Source of the DNA: an uncultured Vampirovibrionales bacterium | Lineage (GTDB): Bacteria > Cyanobacteriota > Vampirovibrionia > Vampirovibrionales > Vampirovibrionaceae | Direction of reading: 5' to 3' | DNA length: 64,000 nt | NCBI GenBank assembly: GCA_964390635.1 | Contig: CAYMIG010000006.1 | Span: 108,995-172,994, forward strand | In this document: positions 17,049 through 27,837 of the stretch, in pieces | How the letters are laid out: every line of letters starts with the position of its first letter | Numbering within the stretch: position 1 is the stretch's first letter | Position numbers and translations under genes: made by a program | Notes under the pieces: generated by a model | What the model saw: the letters and a program-made list of their open reading frames with translations, nothing else | Database searches by the model: none | Told to the model about the DNA's origin: nothing

Positions 17049-17289
17049 CCGGTGGCCTGACCTGGAAGCGCCTAGGGGCAAAAAACTGCCAAACCGGGCA
17101 GCCTGGATGCGGGCGCCCTGGGGGAAGAACGGCGCCATCAACGACGAATGACCCACTTGAATTGCCATGGAAACCATGTGCTTGCTTGCTGACTTTAAAT
17201 CCCCTGAATATAAAAAAGTGCTCAGGGGGGCAAAAATTCCTGGGTGGGCTGACCGGGGCGGGGGTGTGGTGTCGTTTTTGACGGGAAAA

Positions 17290-18168
17290 TCAGGAGGAGC
17301 TGCGGGTTTTGACCGGGATTTTTCGGGGGAGCTTGTGCGCGTTGGGATCCCGCACCGGGTACTTGCCGCCCCGGTGGGGCAGAAAGTCTTCCACCACAAA
17401 CTTCAGGCTGCGGGGGAATTTTTCCAGCACCGGGAAATCCCGGTCCAGGGTGCGGCCCTGCTTGTGGGTGCCCAGCAGCGAGGCGAAGATTTCCCCTTGC
17501 AGGTCGCGGCTATCCAGGGCTTCCAGGGGGGTACACCAGGCTTCCGAGAGCTTCAGGCGGTCGGCATCTGACAGCCGGGCCAGATCCTCGCGGTAAGCCT
17601 GCACGAAAGCCTCCTCGTAAGAGACCTTACGGTACAGGTGGTCGATGGCATGGCTCACCTCTTCGGCCAGCGTGCTGTCTACGGGCGGCGCCGGGTGGCG
17701 CTCCCCGGTATAGGGGTTTTTGTAGTACTCGGCCACGATGATGTACTTGGTCTCCGGGCTTTGCGGTGGGGTATAGAACAGCCCGACCTCAACCTGGAAG
17801 GTATCCGGTGCGGGCGTGGCGGGCTTTCCATTGGCGCCGCGCACCACGATGCGGGGCGGGTTTCGGGAAGGCACCACGGTTTCCACCGTTTCCGCGCAAA
17901 AGAACCGGTAGCCGTTCTCTTTCAGCGTGCGCAGCTCTTTGGGGCTGAAGGTTTCCGACAGCACCCGGGCCACCTGCTTGCGGAAACCTTCCGAGACGTC
18001 GCCCCGGGTTTCCAGGAGGGCCAGGGTGTCGAAGGTTTGGCGGCTGAATTGATCGCCCGGCAAGGCTCCGAACCGGCATGGGGGGTGGGCCGCTTCCAGG
18101 GTAAGGGCTGGTGTGGCGGGGATGCGGGTCAAAAACGCGTTTGCCCGCAGCGATTCCAGGAGCCTCAT
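17290..18168 (-). CDS. Hypothetical protein (292 aa), no recognised domain
   Basis: Long ORF with good coding composition between the GGDEF gene and the deaminase gene. Confidence 0.45.
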   Translation of the reverse strand: MRLLESLRANAFLTRIPATPALTLEAAHPPCRFGALPGDQFSRQTFDTLALLETRGDVSEGFRKQVARVLSETFSPKELRTLKENGYRFFCAETVETVVPSRNPPRIVVRGANGKPATPAPDTFQVEVGLFYTPPQSPETKYIIVAEYYKNPYTGERHPAPPVDSTLAEEVSHAIDHLYRKVSYEEAFVQAYREDLARLSDADRLKLSEAWCTPLEALDSRDLQGEIFASLLGTHKQGRTLDRDFPVLEKFPRSLKFVVEDFLPHRGGKYPVRDPNAHKLPRKIPVKTRSSS

Positions 18169-18177
18169 CAGGCCGCC

Positions 18178-19308
18178 TTAGGCTTGCCTGGCCGCTGGGG
18201 CGGCTTGCAGCTTGGGGTGCGTGCAGGTTTGGCAGAAGTATTGGTTGATGACATCCCGGTAGGTTTGCTCCAGCTGGGCGAACTGGCGGTTGAAGCGGTT
18301 GAGCAGCCTGCGCTTTTCCCCGGCGGGGATGAAGGCGCCCCGCACCCCGTTCAGGCTGAGGGTTTTGACCTGTTCCCAGCAGGTAACCACGTGGTTGGCC
18401 CACAATTGGGCCAGTTGCTGGGTCAGGGTAATTTTGGACATCATGCGGTTGTCGGTGCTCAGGCTGACGTTGACCCGGTTTTGCAGGAACTGGGGCAGCG
18501 GGTGGTTTTCAAAGCCTTGCACGGCGTTAATTTGCACGTTGCTCCAGGGGCAAATTTCCACCGGGATTTTCTTTTTCACGAATTGATCCATTAGTTTGGG
18601 GTCGTTGATGAGTTGCAGGCCATGCCCAATGCGATCTGCGCCCAGCTTGCGGGCGGCCTTGATGGAATCCACCCCGGACATGCCCTGGGAGTTGGGGGTT
18701 TCGCCCGCATGCACGGTCAGCTTCATGCCGTGCCTTTTCACGTAGCGTAGGGCCTCGGCGTGCTTCAGCACGGTATGCTGCCCTTCGCTGCCGGCGAGAT
18801 CGAAGCCCCGGATGAGCGAGCCCGGGCGCTTGGCCAGTTCCACGGCCAGCTTGGCGCTTTCCAGCGATTGCTCCGGCGTGCCGGCCCGCTGGGCCAGCAC
18901 GATGAGACCCACGTTCATGTCAATGCCCCGGGCCTGTCTGGCCCATGCCTGGCCTTCCTTAATGCCGGCCTCAATGGCTTCCACGATGTCTTGCGGGGTG
19001 GCCCCGCCCTTGGAAAGGATGCTGCTGCGGATTTCCAGGTACTGCACGTTCTCGTTGGCGGCCTGCTGCACGATGGCCCGGCTGGCCCGGCGGAAGTGGT
19101 CCGGGGTTTTTACCTGGGCAGGCACCTTGTAATAGGTGGCCAGGAAGTCGTCGAGGTCGTCATAGTAGTTTTTGAGTATGGTCTGGCGGCGGATTTCATC
19201 TTCGGGCATTCCGGACTCCCGCATGAATTGGCGAATCAGGTGAATGGGGGCGCTGCCGGAGAGGTGCATATGCAGCTCCGACTTGGGTACGGCCCGGAAC
19301 AGACTCAT
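18178..19308 (-). CDS. Adenosine/adenine deaminase-family metal-dependent hydrolase
   Basis: N-terminal PKSELHMHLSGS metal-binding motif, HAGE, SLSTDN. Start chosen at MSLFRAVPKSELHMHL (19308); the ORF track extends to 19614. Confidence 0.8.
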   Translation of the reverse strand: MSLFRAVPKSELHMHLSGSAPIHLIRQFMRESGMPEDEIRRQTILKNYYDDLDDFLATYYKVPAQVKTPDHFRRASRAIVQQAANENVQYLEIRSSILSKGGATPQDIVEAIEAGIKEGQAWARQARGIDMNVGLIVLAQRAGTPEQSLESAKLAVELAKRPGSLIRGFDLAGSEGQHTVLKHAEALRYVKRHGMKLTVHAGETPNSQGMSGVDSIKAARKLGADRIGHGLQLINDPKLMDQFVKKKIPVEICPWSNVQINAVQGFENHPLPQFLQNRVNVSLSTDNRMMSKITLTQQLAQLWANHVVTCWEQVKTLSLNGVRGAFIPAGEKRRLLNRFNRQFAQLEQTYRDVINQYFCQTCTHPKLQAAPAARQA

Positions 19309-19578
19309 GAGTTGCGGATCGACGCGCGGCACATGGCTTTTTTGCCGACCAAACAAGGCCTGCGCCCGGACTACGTTTTGCCCGCCCCATGGCAGGCCAA
19401 TCCCCATCGACATTCTGGATCGTTCCCCCTCGGTTAATCCCTCTGAATAGCGCCACCATACCAAAAAGACGCCCCGGCGGCAAGAAACCCATGCGCGGGG
19501 CGGGACTGGCCCAACCTTGAATAAACAAGGGCTTTGCAATACAATGGCCCTGTTTGTGAGGACAGTCGAGGGGACACC

Positions 19579-20499
19579 ATGCGCCTGAGTGCTTTGATGC
19601 CTGCGCGCCCGCATTTTGGAATGGCGGCGCCCAAACGTTCAGCCGACCTTGAAGGGAAGCTGGCCGGCTACGAGCTGGGCTGGAACCAGTTGATTGCCTG
19701 GGATCGCCAGGCTCATCCCGTGCCCGTGCTGGAAACCGTGCGCCTGCCGCAGCTCATGGCCTCCGCCCGGACGTTCCTGCAACGGCAGGCGGCCAGCGGC
19801 GCCTCTACGCCGGTGCCCTTCATGATCGGCATGGCGGGCGGGACGGCTTCCGGCAAGACCACCATCAAGAATGAATGGCTCAAAATGTTTCCCCGGCAGG
19901 CCAATCGGTTGTTTGGATGGCGTCAGCGCAAGCAGGGGCCTGTTACCGAGGAGATTGAGCTGGATAACTATTACCGGGATATGTCCCGGCAATACAAACA
20001 GCTTGGCGGCGAGCGGTTTTTCCGTGAGACCAACCTGGATATCCCGGATACGGTTTCCCTGAACAAGGCGGCCCGCAACCTGGCCCGCCTTAAAAACGGC
20101 CAGGCCGTGCGTGCTCCCAAGTATGATTTTAGCGACTGCAGCCGCCGTAAGGGGTACGATCTGAAGGTGCCCGCCCCTTTTGTGGTGGCCGAAGGGTTAT
20201 TTACCCTGGTACCGGAGCCGTTGCGCAAGCTGTTTGACCTGAAAGTCTTTGTTTCCGCCGATTACGAAACCCGGGCCACCCGCTGGTGGGCCCGCGCCCC
20301 GGAGCGCAACCTGGACAACGATGCCGGTCGCGCCATGTTTGAGCGCGGCATGGCCGAGCATGAGCGCCATGTGGAGCCCACCAAGGCCCATGCCGACGTG
20401 GTGCTTAACAGCGCCGCGCCGTTGAAGGACATGCGGGACACTTTGCGTCGAATGACCGCCCTGCTGGTCAGGACGTTCACCCCGACAGGTGCGTCCTAA
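19579..20499 (+). CDS. Uridine kinase / phosphoribulokinase-family P-loop kinase
   Basis: P-loop [15 protein letters not shown]. Likely ATG at 19579 (MRLSAL) with gagggg upstream. Confidence 0.7.
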   Translation: MRLSALMPARPHFGMAAPKRSADLEGKLAGYELGWNQLIAWDRQAHPVPVLETVRLPQLMASARTFLQRQAASGASTPVPFMIGMAGGTASGKTTIKNEWLKMFPRQANRLFGWRQRKQGPVTEEIELDNYYRDMSRQYKQLGGERFFRETNLDIPDTVSLNKAARNLARLKNGQAVRAPKYDFSDCSRRKGYDLKVPAPFVVAEGLFTLVPEPLRKLFDLKVFVSADYETRATRWWARAPERNLDNDAGRAMFERGMAEHERHVEPTKAHADVVLNSAAPLKDMRDTLRRMTALLVRTFTPTGAS

Positions 20500-21770
20500 G
20501 CCCGGACGCTGTCGGCGGGAGCGGTCTTGGTGGCCGGGATGACGGCGCCCTTAGGCACCACGGTAATGCCGCCCTCCGATACGTAGAAGCCGCGGGCCTC
20601 GTCTTCCTCTTTGTTGTAGCCGATGCGGGTGTGCGGGGGAATGTCCACCCCCTTGTCGATGATGGCCCTGCGAATCTTGGCGTGGCGGCCCACGTTCACC
20701 CCGTGCATCAAAATGGATTCCTCCACCAGCGAAAAGCTGTTGACCCGGCAGTAGGGCGACAGCACGCAGCGCACCAGGCGCCCCCCGCTGATGATGCAGC
20801 CGTCGGAAACAATCGAGTCGGTGGCAAAACCGCGCCGTTCCTCGTCGTTGAACACGTATTTGGCGGGCGGGGCCTGGTAGGAGTAGGTTTTGAGCGGCCA
20901 ACCCTTGTTGTACAGGTTGAAGACGGGCTTGATTTCCACCAGGTCCATGTTGGCCTCCCAGTAGGCGTCGATGGTGCCCACGTCCCGCCAGTAGCCCCGC
21001 TCTTCCTCGTTCTGGCCGGGCACCGTGTTGGTGGCGAAGTCGTACACAAACACCCGGCGTCCCTTTTCAATCATGTTCAGGATGACGTTTTTGCCGAAGT
21101 CGTGGGCGGAATCTTCTTTTGCGGCGTCCTCAACCAGCTCTTCCACCAGCACGTCGCGGTTAAAGACGTAGTTGCCCATGGAAGCCAGCGCCCAGCCGGG
21201 GCGCCCGGGAATCTCCTTGGGATTTTCCGGCTTTTCCTGCCAGCCGGTCACCCGGAACATGCTGTCCACCTCAATCACCCCGAATTCGCTGGCGTCCTTT
21301 ACCGGCACCGGAATGGCCGCAATGGTCAGGTCGGCGGACTGGCGCTTGTGGTAATCAATCATTTGCCCCACGTCCATGCGGTAAATGTGGTCGCCGCCGA
21401 ACACGCAGACCAAATCAGGCATTTCGTCGTAAATCAGGTTGAGGTTCTGATAGATGGCATCCGCGGTGCCCCGGTACCACTCGCTGCTGATGCGCATTTG
21501 CGCGGGCACCAGCTCCACGTACTGGTTCAGGAAGGGCGGCATGGGCCAGCAGCGGGCAATGTGCTGGTTCAGCGAGTCCGACTTGAACTGGGTGAGCACT
21601 TTAATTTTGTACAACTCGGAGTTGACGAAGTTGTTGATGACGAAATCGATGATGCGGTACTTGCCCCCAAAGGGCACCGCCGGCTTGGCGCGATCAGCCG
21701 TCAGGGGAAACAACCGCGTTCCCTGACCGCCGGCCAGAATCATAACCAACACGTTTCTCATAGGGGCCAT
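20496..21770 (-). CDS. glgC: Glucose-1-phosphate adenylyltransferase
   Basis: [37 protein letters not shown] signature; C-terminal left-handed beta-helix. Confidence 0.95.
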   Translation of the reverse strand: MAPMRNVLVMILAGGQGTRLFPLTADRAKPAVPFGGKYRIIDFVINNFVNSELYKIKVLTQFKSDSLNQHIARCWPMPPFLNQYVELVPAQMRISSEWYRGTADAIYQNLNLIYDEMPDLVCVFGGDHIYRMDVGQMIDYHKRQSADLTIAAIPVPVKDASEFGVIEVDSMFRVTGWQEKPENPKEIPGRPGWALASMGNYVFNRDVLVEELVEDAAKEDSAHDFGKNVILNMIEKGRRVFVYDFATNTVPGQNEEERGYWRDVGTIDAYWEANMDLVEIKPVFNLYNKGWPLKTYSYQAPPAKYVFNDEERRGFATDSIVSDGCIISGGRLVRCVLSPYCRVNSFSLVEESILMHGVNVGRHAKIRRAIIDKGVDIPPHTRIGYNKEEDEARGFYVSEGGITVVPKGAVIPATKTAPADSVRA

Positions 21771-21821
21771 TGTAACCCAAAGCCATCCCAGGCTAAAGGC
21801 AAGGGTACGGATGGCTGCGGG

Positions 21822-23276
21822 CTAGCGGGCGAGTCCCTTGCCGGCGTTGACCTCCCCAGCCATCCGATCGATTTCCGCCTGCAAGGCGGCCTGGATTTTT
21901 CCGCTGAGGGCCTGCTCCACCAGGTCGTCGTCGCTTAGGCGGGCAATCTCCTGGCTGGACAGAAACCGGGCCACGTCAATGGGTTCGCCCACCTTGACGT
22001 GCGCGGTCACATGTCGCCAGAACCGGTAAAATGCGGGCTCTTTACCCTGGTTCAGGTCGCGATCAACCTTGAACAGGGTTTCAATCATGCGGTTCGGGTC
22101 GCCACCGTCCAGGTAATCCGCCGGGTACATGCTCAGCTGCATGAGCTGGCCCAGGGTGTCGATGTCTTTTGCCCAGCGCGCGTTTTGGGTTTCGTAAGCC
22201 TGTTTTTGGGCTTTATCCTGCCGTTTCGGCCAGCCGGTTTTGGGAGTGGCGGCCAGGGCGTTGCGGGCATCGCGGCGTTGGCCGCTGACGGCGCCAATCA
22301 ACCGACGGGCCCGGATTTCGGTGGTTCCGGAGCGCACCGTGCCCAGGTATTGCCGCTCCAGGCGCTCCAGCACCTGCTGTTTCAGGCTTTCCAGGCGGAC
22401 GTAGGGATCCCCGTGGGGCTGAACCGCCAGGCCGTATTGCAGTTCCCGCTCCGAGACCATCAGGCCCAGCAGCCGGTGGATACGATCCACGGCGGACATG
22501 TCCGGCGTCAGGGGCGGAACGCTAATGCCCCGGGCCTCCAGGCGCGGGGTAATCAGGCGCTCCAGGGCGTCCATGTGCTCAAGGATGCGGCGGGGCAGGT
22601 CGCCCTGGTTGTCATAGAAGAAAGCCAGCGGCACCACCTGCACGTTTTTGCCGTTGCGCACCACGCTAATGGCCGTGTGGGCGGCCCCGTGCTTCAGCGG
22701 GGTGATCTCCTGGTTGGTCCAGGAGACATGCCCTTCCGGGAAAATCATGAAGGGATACTCCCCGGCCTGCACCACTTGTTTGGCGGTGTTCAGGCTGAGG
22801 GACTTGTCCTTGGCCCCCCGGTTCACCGAGAAGATGCCCAGCCGTTGCAATAGCGAGCCGCTCAGGGTGACGGTCTTGCCAAAGGCCCGGCGCTCAAACA
22901 GTTCGATGGCCCCAATAGCCACAAAGTTCACCTGGGTCTGGCGGGATAGCTCCAGAATGCTCAGCACGTCCAGCAGGTGGGCGTGGTTGGGGGTGACAAT
23001 CACGCTGTCGGGCCCTTTGACCAGGGCCCGCAGCCGGTCGCGATCCGCCCTGGAGATTTTCAGCTCGAAGTCCATGGGCCGGGCGCCCAGCCAGTGGGCC
23101 AGCTGCTTGGCCGTCCACAGCACCGCCCGGTTGGGCTTGGGCGGATAGAAGCGATCCTCGGGGAAGTCCCGGTTGGCGGGATACAGCGCCCCGAATTGCG
23201 GTGCCTGGGTTTGTGCTTGCGGGCGCAGGCCCGACGAATGGATGGTGCCGGCACGTCCGGCGGGAAAATGCAGCAT
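21822..23276 (-). CDS. Lysophospholipid/glycerol-phosphate acyltransferase-family protein (long form, ~480 aa)
   Basis: Acyltransferase motif I VTPNHAHLLD and motif III IFPEGHVS. Confidence 0.65.
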   Translation of the reverse strand: MLHFPAGRAGTIHSSGLRPQAQTQAPQFGALYPANRDFPEDRFYPPKPNRAVLWTAKQLAHWLGARPMDFELKISRADRDRLRALVKGPDSVIVTPNHAHLLDVLSILELSRQTQVNFVAIGAIELFERRAFGKTVTLSGSLLQRLGIFSVNRGAKDKSLSLNTAKQVVQAGEYPFMIFPEGHVSWTNQEITPLKHGAAHTAISVVRNGKNVQVVPLAFFYDNQGDLPRRILEHMDALERLITPRLEARGISVPPLTPDMSAVDRIHRLLGLMVSERELQYGLAVQPHGDPYVRLESLKQQVLERLERQYLGTVRSGTTEIRARRLIGAVSGQRRDARNALAATPKTGWPKRQDKAQKQAYETQNARWAKDIDTLGQLMQLSMYPADYLDGGDPNRMIETLFKVDRDLNQGKEPAFYRFWRHVTAHVKVGEPIDVARFLSSQEIARLSDDDLVEQALSGKIQAALQAEIDRMAGEVNAGKGLAR

Positions 23277-23374
23277 TCCCCGAAACCCCTTATAACCCCT
23301 TGCGTTGCTTTACCATACACCAAACATGCCCGGCAATCGATTCGTCGGTTCCAACGCGGTACAATGGGGGCACC

Positions 23375-23896
23375 ATGACCAACCTGATTGAACGCGCCGC
23401 CGCCATTCGCCTGGTCGTCCTGGATGTGGACGGCGTGCTGACCGATGGCAAGATTACCTACACCTCGGCGGGGGAGGAGATTAAGGCGTTTAACGTGAAG
23501 GATGGCCTGGGCATTTCATCGGCGGTGCGGGCCGGCTTGCAGCTGGCCATCATTACGGCGCGCGAGTCGGTGATGGTAACCCGTCGGGCCAGCGAGCTGG
23601 GCATCCAGCATGTGATTCAAAACACCCGCACCAAGCTGCCCGCGCTGGAGGCCCTGGTTGCGGAGCTTGGCCTGGCCTGGCATGAAGTGGCCTACGTGGG
23701 GGACGATCTGCCCGATATCCCTTGCATGCAGGCATGCGGCTTGGCTTGCTGCCCTGCGGATGCGGCGCGGGAGGTGCTGGATATGGCCGAGCTGGTTTCA
23801 AACCGCAACGGTGGGGAGGGGGCGCTACGGGAAATCCTGGATTTTGTGCTGGAATCCCGTTCGATTGTTTGTCATAATAAAGTAAATATTTCTTAA
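23375..23896 (+). CDS. kdsC: 3-deoxy-D-manno-octulosonate 8-phosphate phosphatase (HAD IIIA)
   Basis: VLDVDGVLTDGKI, KDG, YVGDDLPD motifs; ATG at 23375. Confidence 0.85.
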   Translation: MTNLIERAAAIRLVVLDVDGVLTDGKITYTSAGEEIKAFNVKDGLGISSAVRAGLQLAIITARESVMVTRRASELGIQHVIQNTRTKLPALEALVAELGLAWHEVAYVGDDLPDIPCMQACGLACCPADAAREVLDMAELVSNRNGGEGALREILDFVLESRSIVCHNKVNIS

Positions 23897-23971
23897 AGTA
23901 ACCTTTAGGGAACAGAGGGGCCGGACGATATTTCCCTTGTGGGTAATATTCGGACGGAAGTGACAACCTAG

Positions 23972-24856
23972 ATGCTTGAACACTTGGGACGTTTCTTCAG
24001 AAATCCCTTCGCCGCGCAGTCGGGCCAACGCCAAGGCTACCGGCTGGATGGCGCGCAGCTGGAGGGCATGCTGCGCCGAATCGGGGATACGCCTGAAGAT
24101 CAGCGTCACCCGTTGCAGATGGCGTTTTATGAAAAGCTGCTGAAAAGCATGGTGTTGCTTCCTGTGCCCGCTGGTACGGATGTGTCTTCCGGGGTGCCGC
24201 TGATGGCGCTGGAGAACGCCCAGGGTGAGCTGGGCGTACCGGTTTTCACCAGCGAGAACACCCTTTCCCAGTGGATGGGCCATACCCCCGAGTTTGATGG
24301 GGAGTACGTGGGCATTCCTTTCCCGGTGCTGTGTGGGCACGTGCTGAAAGCCCGCCTCGATTTCGTGATCCTGAACGTGGCGGGCCCCTATGGCGGGGAA
24401 ATTGGGCAGGCGGAGTTTTCGTACCTGGCCGAAGGTTTGTTGCCTCCTCCCAATCGCAAACCCGGGGAGCTGAAGATAGAACCCGGCGCCGATATGCGCA
24501 TTTCTGCCACCAACAGCCTGTCGGAATTTGTCAGTGACCGGCTGCGGGATGTTTTCAGGCATAACGAGCCGCTGATTGACCATGCCTACGTGTTTGAGGT
24601 GGCCTTTGGCCCGGAATCCCTGAAGCCGGCCATTGCCATCCGCATGCCCGAGGGAGCCGAGCACGAGTGGGAGGTATCGCTGTGGCCCAACATCCAGGCC
24701 GTGCTGCAGGAGATGCTGGATGTCAGCGAGTATGCCAACGTCTTCCTGCTGAACGTCTCGGGCGATCTGGAAGCCACCCTGCGCGGGATGATGCATCCCT
24801 TCTATACCCGCCCACAGGACTATCCCGGCGCCAAACGCGCTGGCAAAGACGTCTGA
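23972..24856 (+). CDS. SseB-family protein (putative)
   Basis: Weak resemblance to the SseB N-terminal domain (LLLPVPAG...ENAQGELGVPVFTSE); function unknown. Confidence 0.45.
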   Translation: MLEHLGRFFRNPFAAQSGQRQGYRLDGAQLEGMLRRIGDTPEDQRHPLQMAFYEKLLKSMVLLPVPAGTDVSSGVPLMALENAQGELGVPVFTSENTLSQWMGHTPEFDGEYVGIPFPVLCGHVLKARLDFVILNVAGPYGGEIGQAEFSYLAEGLLPPPNRKPGELKIEPGADMRISATNSLSEFVSDRLRDVFRHNEPLIDHAYVFEVAFGPESLKPAIAIRMPEGAEHEWEVSLWPNIQAVLQEMLDVSEYANVFLLNVSGDLEATLRGMMHPFYTRPQDYPGAKRAGKDV

Positions 24857-24886
24857 AACGCCCCGGTTACCGTCGGGGCGTTTGAC

Positions 24887-25402
24887 TTAAGAGGCGGTTT
24901 CCTCGATGCTTTCGATGTGAATGGCGGAGCGCACCCGCTCGGAGCCGGGTTCCGCGGCGGCATTGGCCCATTGGGCACTATTAAAGCGGTTGGCCCGCTT
25001 TTCCAGGCTGTATTTCACCTTCACGCTGCCGTGCTGGCCTTCGTTGACCATGCCAACCAGGCTCTGGATGGTTTCCAGGGCCTGGGTCATAAAGGGGTTG
25101 CTGATGAGCGGGTGGTAAACGCTGGTGCTGAAACCGCCGGTCTTACGCAGTCCATCCGCTTGCAGGGGTTTGAGCAGCTCCGAAAAGCGGGTGAAGTGGT
25201 CTCCGTGGCCGTCATTGCGAAAGATGAACGTGCCTGCGTTGGCCGCCACGAAGTAGGCGGTTTCCGGGTTGGCCTTTCTTAGCTCCTTCAAGGTCTGGAT
25301 GGCCAGCGCCTCGTTAAAATACGACGGATGGCGGTACTCCACAAAGGGCCCGGATTGCTTGTGGCGCTCCAGCCGGTAAATTCCCCCGAATTGCACGTTC
25401 AT
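24887..25402 (-). CDS. Hypothetical protein
   Basis: ORF 24887..25483; likely start MNVQFGGIYRLERH at 25402. Confidence 0.45.
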   Translation of the reverse strand: MNVQFGGIYRLERHKQSGPFVEYRHPSYFNEALAIQTLKELRKANPETAYFVAANAGTFIFRNDGHGDHFTRFSELLKPLQADGLRKTGGFSTSVYHPLISNPFMTQALETIQSLVGMVNEGQHGSVKVKYSLEKRANRFNSAQWANAAAEPGSERVRSAIHIESIEETAS

Positions 25403-25547
25403 AATCCCGCTCCTCTGCTGACTTTCAATAAACCCATTGGCCGGATGCGCGACCCGGTGATGAACGCCCACAGTGTAGCGCAAACATGCCCCGGCATGGC
25501 CGGTGGCAGCCGTTTTTGTTACGAACCCCCGGAATTCCGCCGAGCGG

Positions 25548-26468
25548 CTAGGACACCAGCGTGGGTTTGCCGGGCACCAGGGCCTTGTACTCGTCCAGGA
25601 TTTTTTCGATGCGGGCCATCTCGGCGTCGTCGGCGGGCACCATGGGGGCCCGGAAGACCTCTTCCATCATGCCCAGGCGGGCCAGGCAGGTTTTGATGAC
25701 CGTGGGGTTGGGCAGGAAGAAGATTTCCCGTCCCAGGTTCAGTTGCTTCAGGTGCAGCTTCAGGGCCCGCTCTCGATCGCCGGCCTTGGCGGCCTGGATC
25801 ATCTCCCGCAGCAGGTTGCCGGTCAGGTGCGCCAGCACGCTGAAGGTGCCATGCGCGCCGCAGCTGATCATGGGCACGGTCAGGGTGTCGTCCCCGCACC
25901 AGGTGTGCCAGGTATCCGAAGGCAGCTTGGCGGTGATTTCGCTGACCTGGTCCATGTCGGGGTGGCTTTGTTTCACCCCCACGATGTTGGGGCACTGCTC
26001 GTGCAGGGCGGCCATGGTGTCCGGGCTCATCAGCACCACGGAGCGGCTGGGGATGTTGTAGATGACGATCTCGGTGTCCACGGCCTGGGCGATGCGCCGG
26101 AAGTGCTCCATCATGCCGCGCTGGGAGGGCTTGTTGTAGTATGGCACTACCACCAGCAGGCCGTCCAGCCCCAGGGAGGCCATCTTGCGGGCTTCTTCCA
26201 CGCTTTTTTCGGTATTGTTGGAGCCCACGCCGCTGAGGATCTGCACGTTCTTTCCGCGCACGGCGTTTTTCACCACCTTCGCCAGCTCCATCTTTTCGTC
26301 AAAGCTCAGCGTGGGGGCTTCCCCGGTGGTGCCGTTGACGAGAATCCCGTCGCAGCCGTTGTCGGCCAGATAGACGGCCAGCTGCTCGGCCCGCTCAAAG
26401 TCGATGGATTCGTCCCGCTTGAAGGGCGTCACCATCGCGGGGATGAGTTCTGCGGTTAAGTTGGGCAT
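25548..26468 (-). CDS. dapA: 4-hydroxy-tetrahydrodipicolinate synthase
   Basis: PAMVTPF...GILVNGTTGE...catalytic Lys region YNIPSRS; ORF 25503..26459(+) is an antisense shadow. Confidence 0.95.
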   Translation of the reverse strand: MPNLTAELIPAMVTPFKRDESIDFERAEQLAVYLADNGCDGILVNGTTGEAPTLSFDEKMELAKVVKNAVRGKNVQILSGVGSNNTEKSVEEARKMASLGLDGLLVVVPYYNKPSQRGMMEHFRRIAQAVDTEIVIYNIPSRSVVLMSPDTMAALHEQCPNIVGVKQSHPDMDQVSEITAKLPSDTWHTWCGDDTLTVPMISCGAHGTFSVLAHLTGNLLREMIQAAKAGDRERALKLHLKQLNLGREIFFLPNPTVIKTCLARLGMMEEVFRAPMVPADDAEMARIEKILDEYKALVPGKPTLVS

Positions 26469-26496
26469 GGGCGTTACCTCTGTCTGTCACTAAAAC

Positions 26497-27612
26497 CTAG
26501 ACCGGAACCGTTTGGCGCTGGGCCTGGGGCTTGACCCAGCCGTTGCGGGCAATGACTTCCGCCAGGCGCACGGCGTTCAGCGCGGCGCCGATGCGCAGGT
26601 TGTCGGCCACCACCCACAGGTTCAGGCCGCGCTCCGGGTTGGAGGTATCGCGGCGGATGCGGCCCACGTACACCGGGTCCTTGCCGGTGGCTTCCACCGG
26701 GGTGGGAAAGTCTTGCTGGCGCTCCCGCACCACCACGTCCGGCACTTTCTTCAGCACGGCAATGGCTTGCTGGGGGGAGACCGGCTGGCGGAAATCCAGG
26801 GTGGCCGCCTCGCTGTGGCCCACCATCACCGGCACGCGCACTGCGGTGCAGGTCACTTTCAGGTCCGGGCGGTGCAGAATCTTGCGGCTCTCGTTTACCA
26901 CCTTAATCTCTTCCTTGGTATAGCCGTTGGTGGCGTCGTCGCTTTCCACGAACTGGTCAATCTGGGCCACCAGGTTAAAGGCGATGGGCCGGGCAAACAC
27001 CCGGGCCTGGGGCGCCTCGGCCTCCTGCCGGGGGCCGGTGGGCTGGCCGTCCATCATGGCGAACACGTCGCGGGTGGTGTCCAGCAGTTCATCCATGCCC
27101 TCCTTGCCCGCGCCGCTGACCGACTGGTAAGTGCTCACAATGGCCCGCTCCAGCCCGAAGGCTTCGTCCAGGGCCTTGAAGACCGGCATCAGCTGCATGG
27201 TGGAGCAGTTGGGGTTGGCGATAATGCCGTTGTGCCAGGCGCAGTCCTCGTCATTCACCCCGGCCACCACCAGGGGCACCTGGGGATCCATGCGGAAGCA
27301 GCTGGTGTTGTCGATGACCACGCAGCCCCGCTTCACCGCTTCGGGCACCAGCTTTTCGCTGACCGAGCCGCCCGCCGAGGCCAGCACGATGTCCACCCCC
27401 TCGAAGGCTTCCGGGGTGGCCTCTTCTACGGTCAGTTCCTCGCCCATAAAGGTGACGATGGAGCCCGCAGTACGCTTGCTGGCCAGGGGTTTCAGGCGTT
27501 TCACCGGAAAGTTGCGTTCTTCCAGAATCTGCATCAGGTGGGTGCCGACCAGCCCGGTGGCGCCCAACACGGCTACCACGTAGCCATCGGCTTGGGGTTG
27601 AGAGGATGCCAT
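26497..27612 (-). CDS. asd: Aspartate-semialdehyde dehydrogenase
   Basis: VAVLGATGLVG NAD-binding motif; ASD family architecture; ORF 26512..27630(+) is an antisense shadow. Confidence 0.9.
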   Translation of the reverse strand: MASSQPQADGYVVAVLGATGLVGTHLMQILEERNFPVKRLKPLASKRTAGSIVTFMGEELTVEEATPEAFEGVDIVLASAGGSVSEKLVPEAVKRGCVVIDNTSCFRMDPQVPLVVAGVNDEDCAWHNGIIANPNCSTMQLMPVFKALDEAFGLERAIVSTYQSVSGAGKEGMDELLDTTRDVFAMMDGQPTGPRQEAEAPQARVFARPIAFNLVAQIDQFVESDDATNGYTKEEIKVVNESRKILHRPDLKVTCTAVRVPVMVGHSEAATLDFRQPVSPQQAIAVLKKVPDVVVRERQQDFPTPVEATGKDPVYVGRIRRDTSNPERGLNLWVVADNLRIGAALNAVRLAEVIARNGWVKPQAQRQTVPV

Positions 27613-27731
27613 ATGTGTAATCTCCTGTGAAACAGCGTAAAACCCGAGATTGAGGGTTTCATTATAACCGAAAGGCCCCTGTTTTCGTACAGTAGCGCAT
27701 TAAACGCATGGGGCCCCGACGGCGCGGGCAA

Positions 27732-27770
27732 TAAAAAACCCCTCTTCTTTTGGAAAAGGGGGTTATTTTT
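27732..27770 (-). terminator. Rho-independent terminator (A-run, cccct/agggg hairpin, T-run), downstream of the HEAT-repeat gene
   Basis: aaaaaacccctcttcttttggaaaagggggttattttt. Confidence 0.55.
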
Positions 27771-27837
27771 GTTAGAAAAGTCGTTTGTAGAGATGATTTT
27801 CAGACGCTTATGAAGAGCCTGGGCAGTGGCCCGGCGG

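Noticed and set aside
25503-27630. Plus-strand ORFs 25503..26459 and 26512..27630
   Set aside because: Antisense to dapA and asd.
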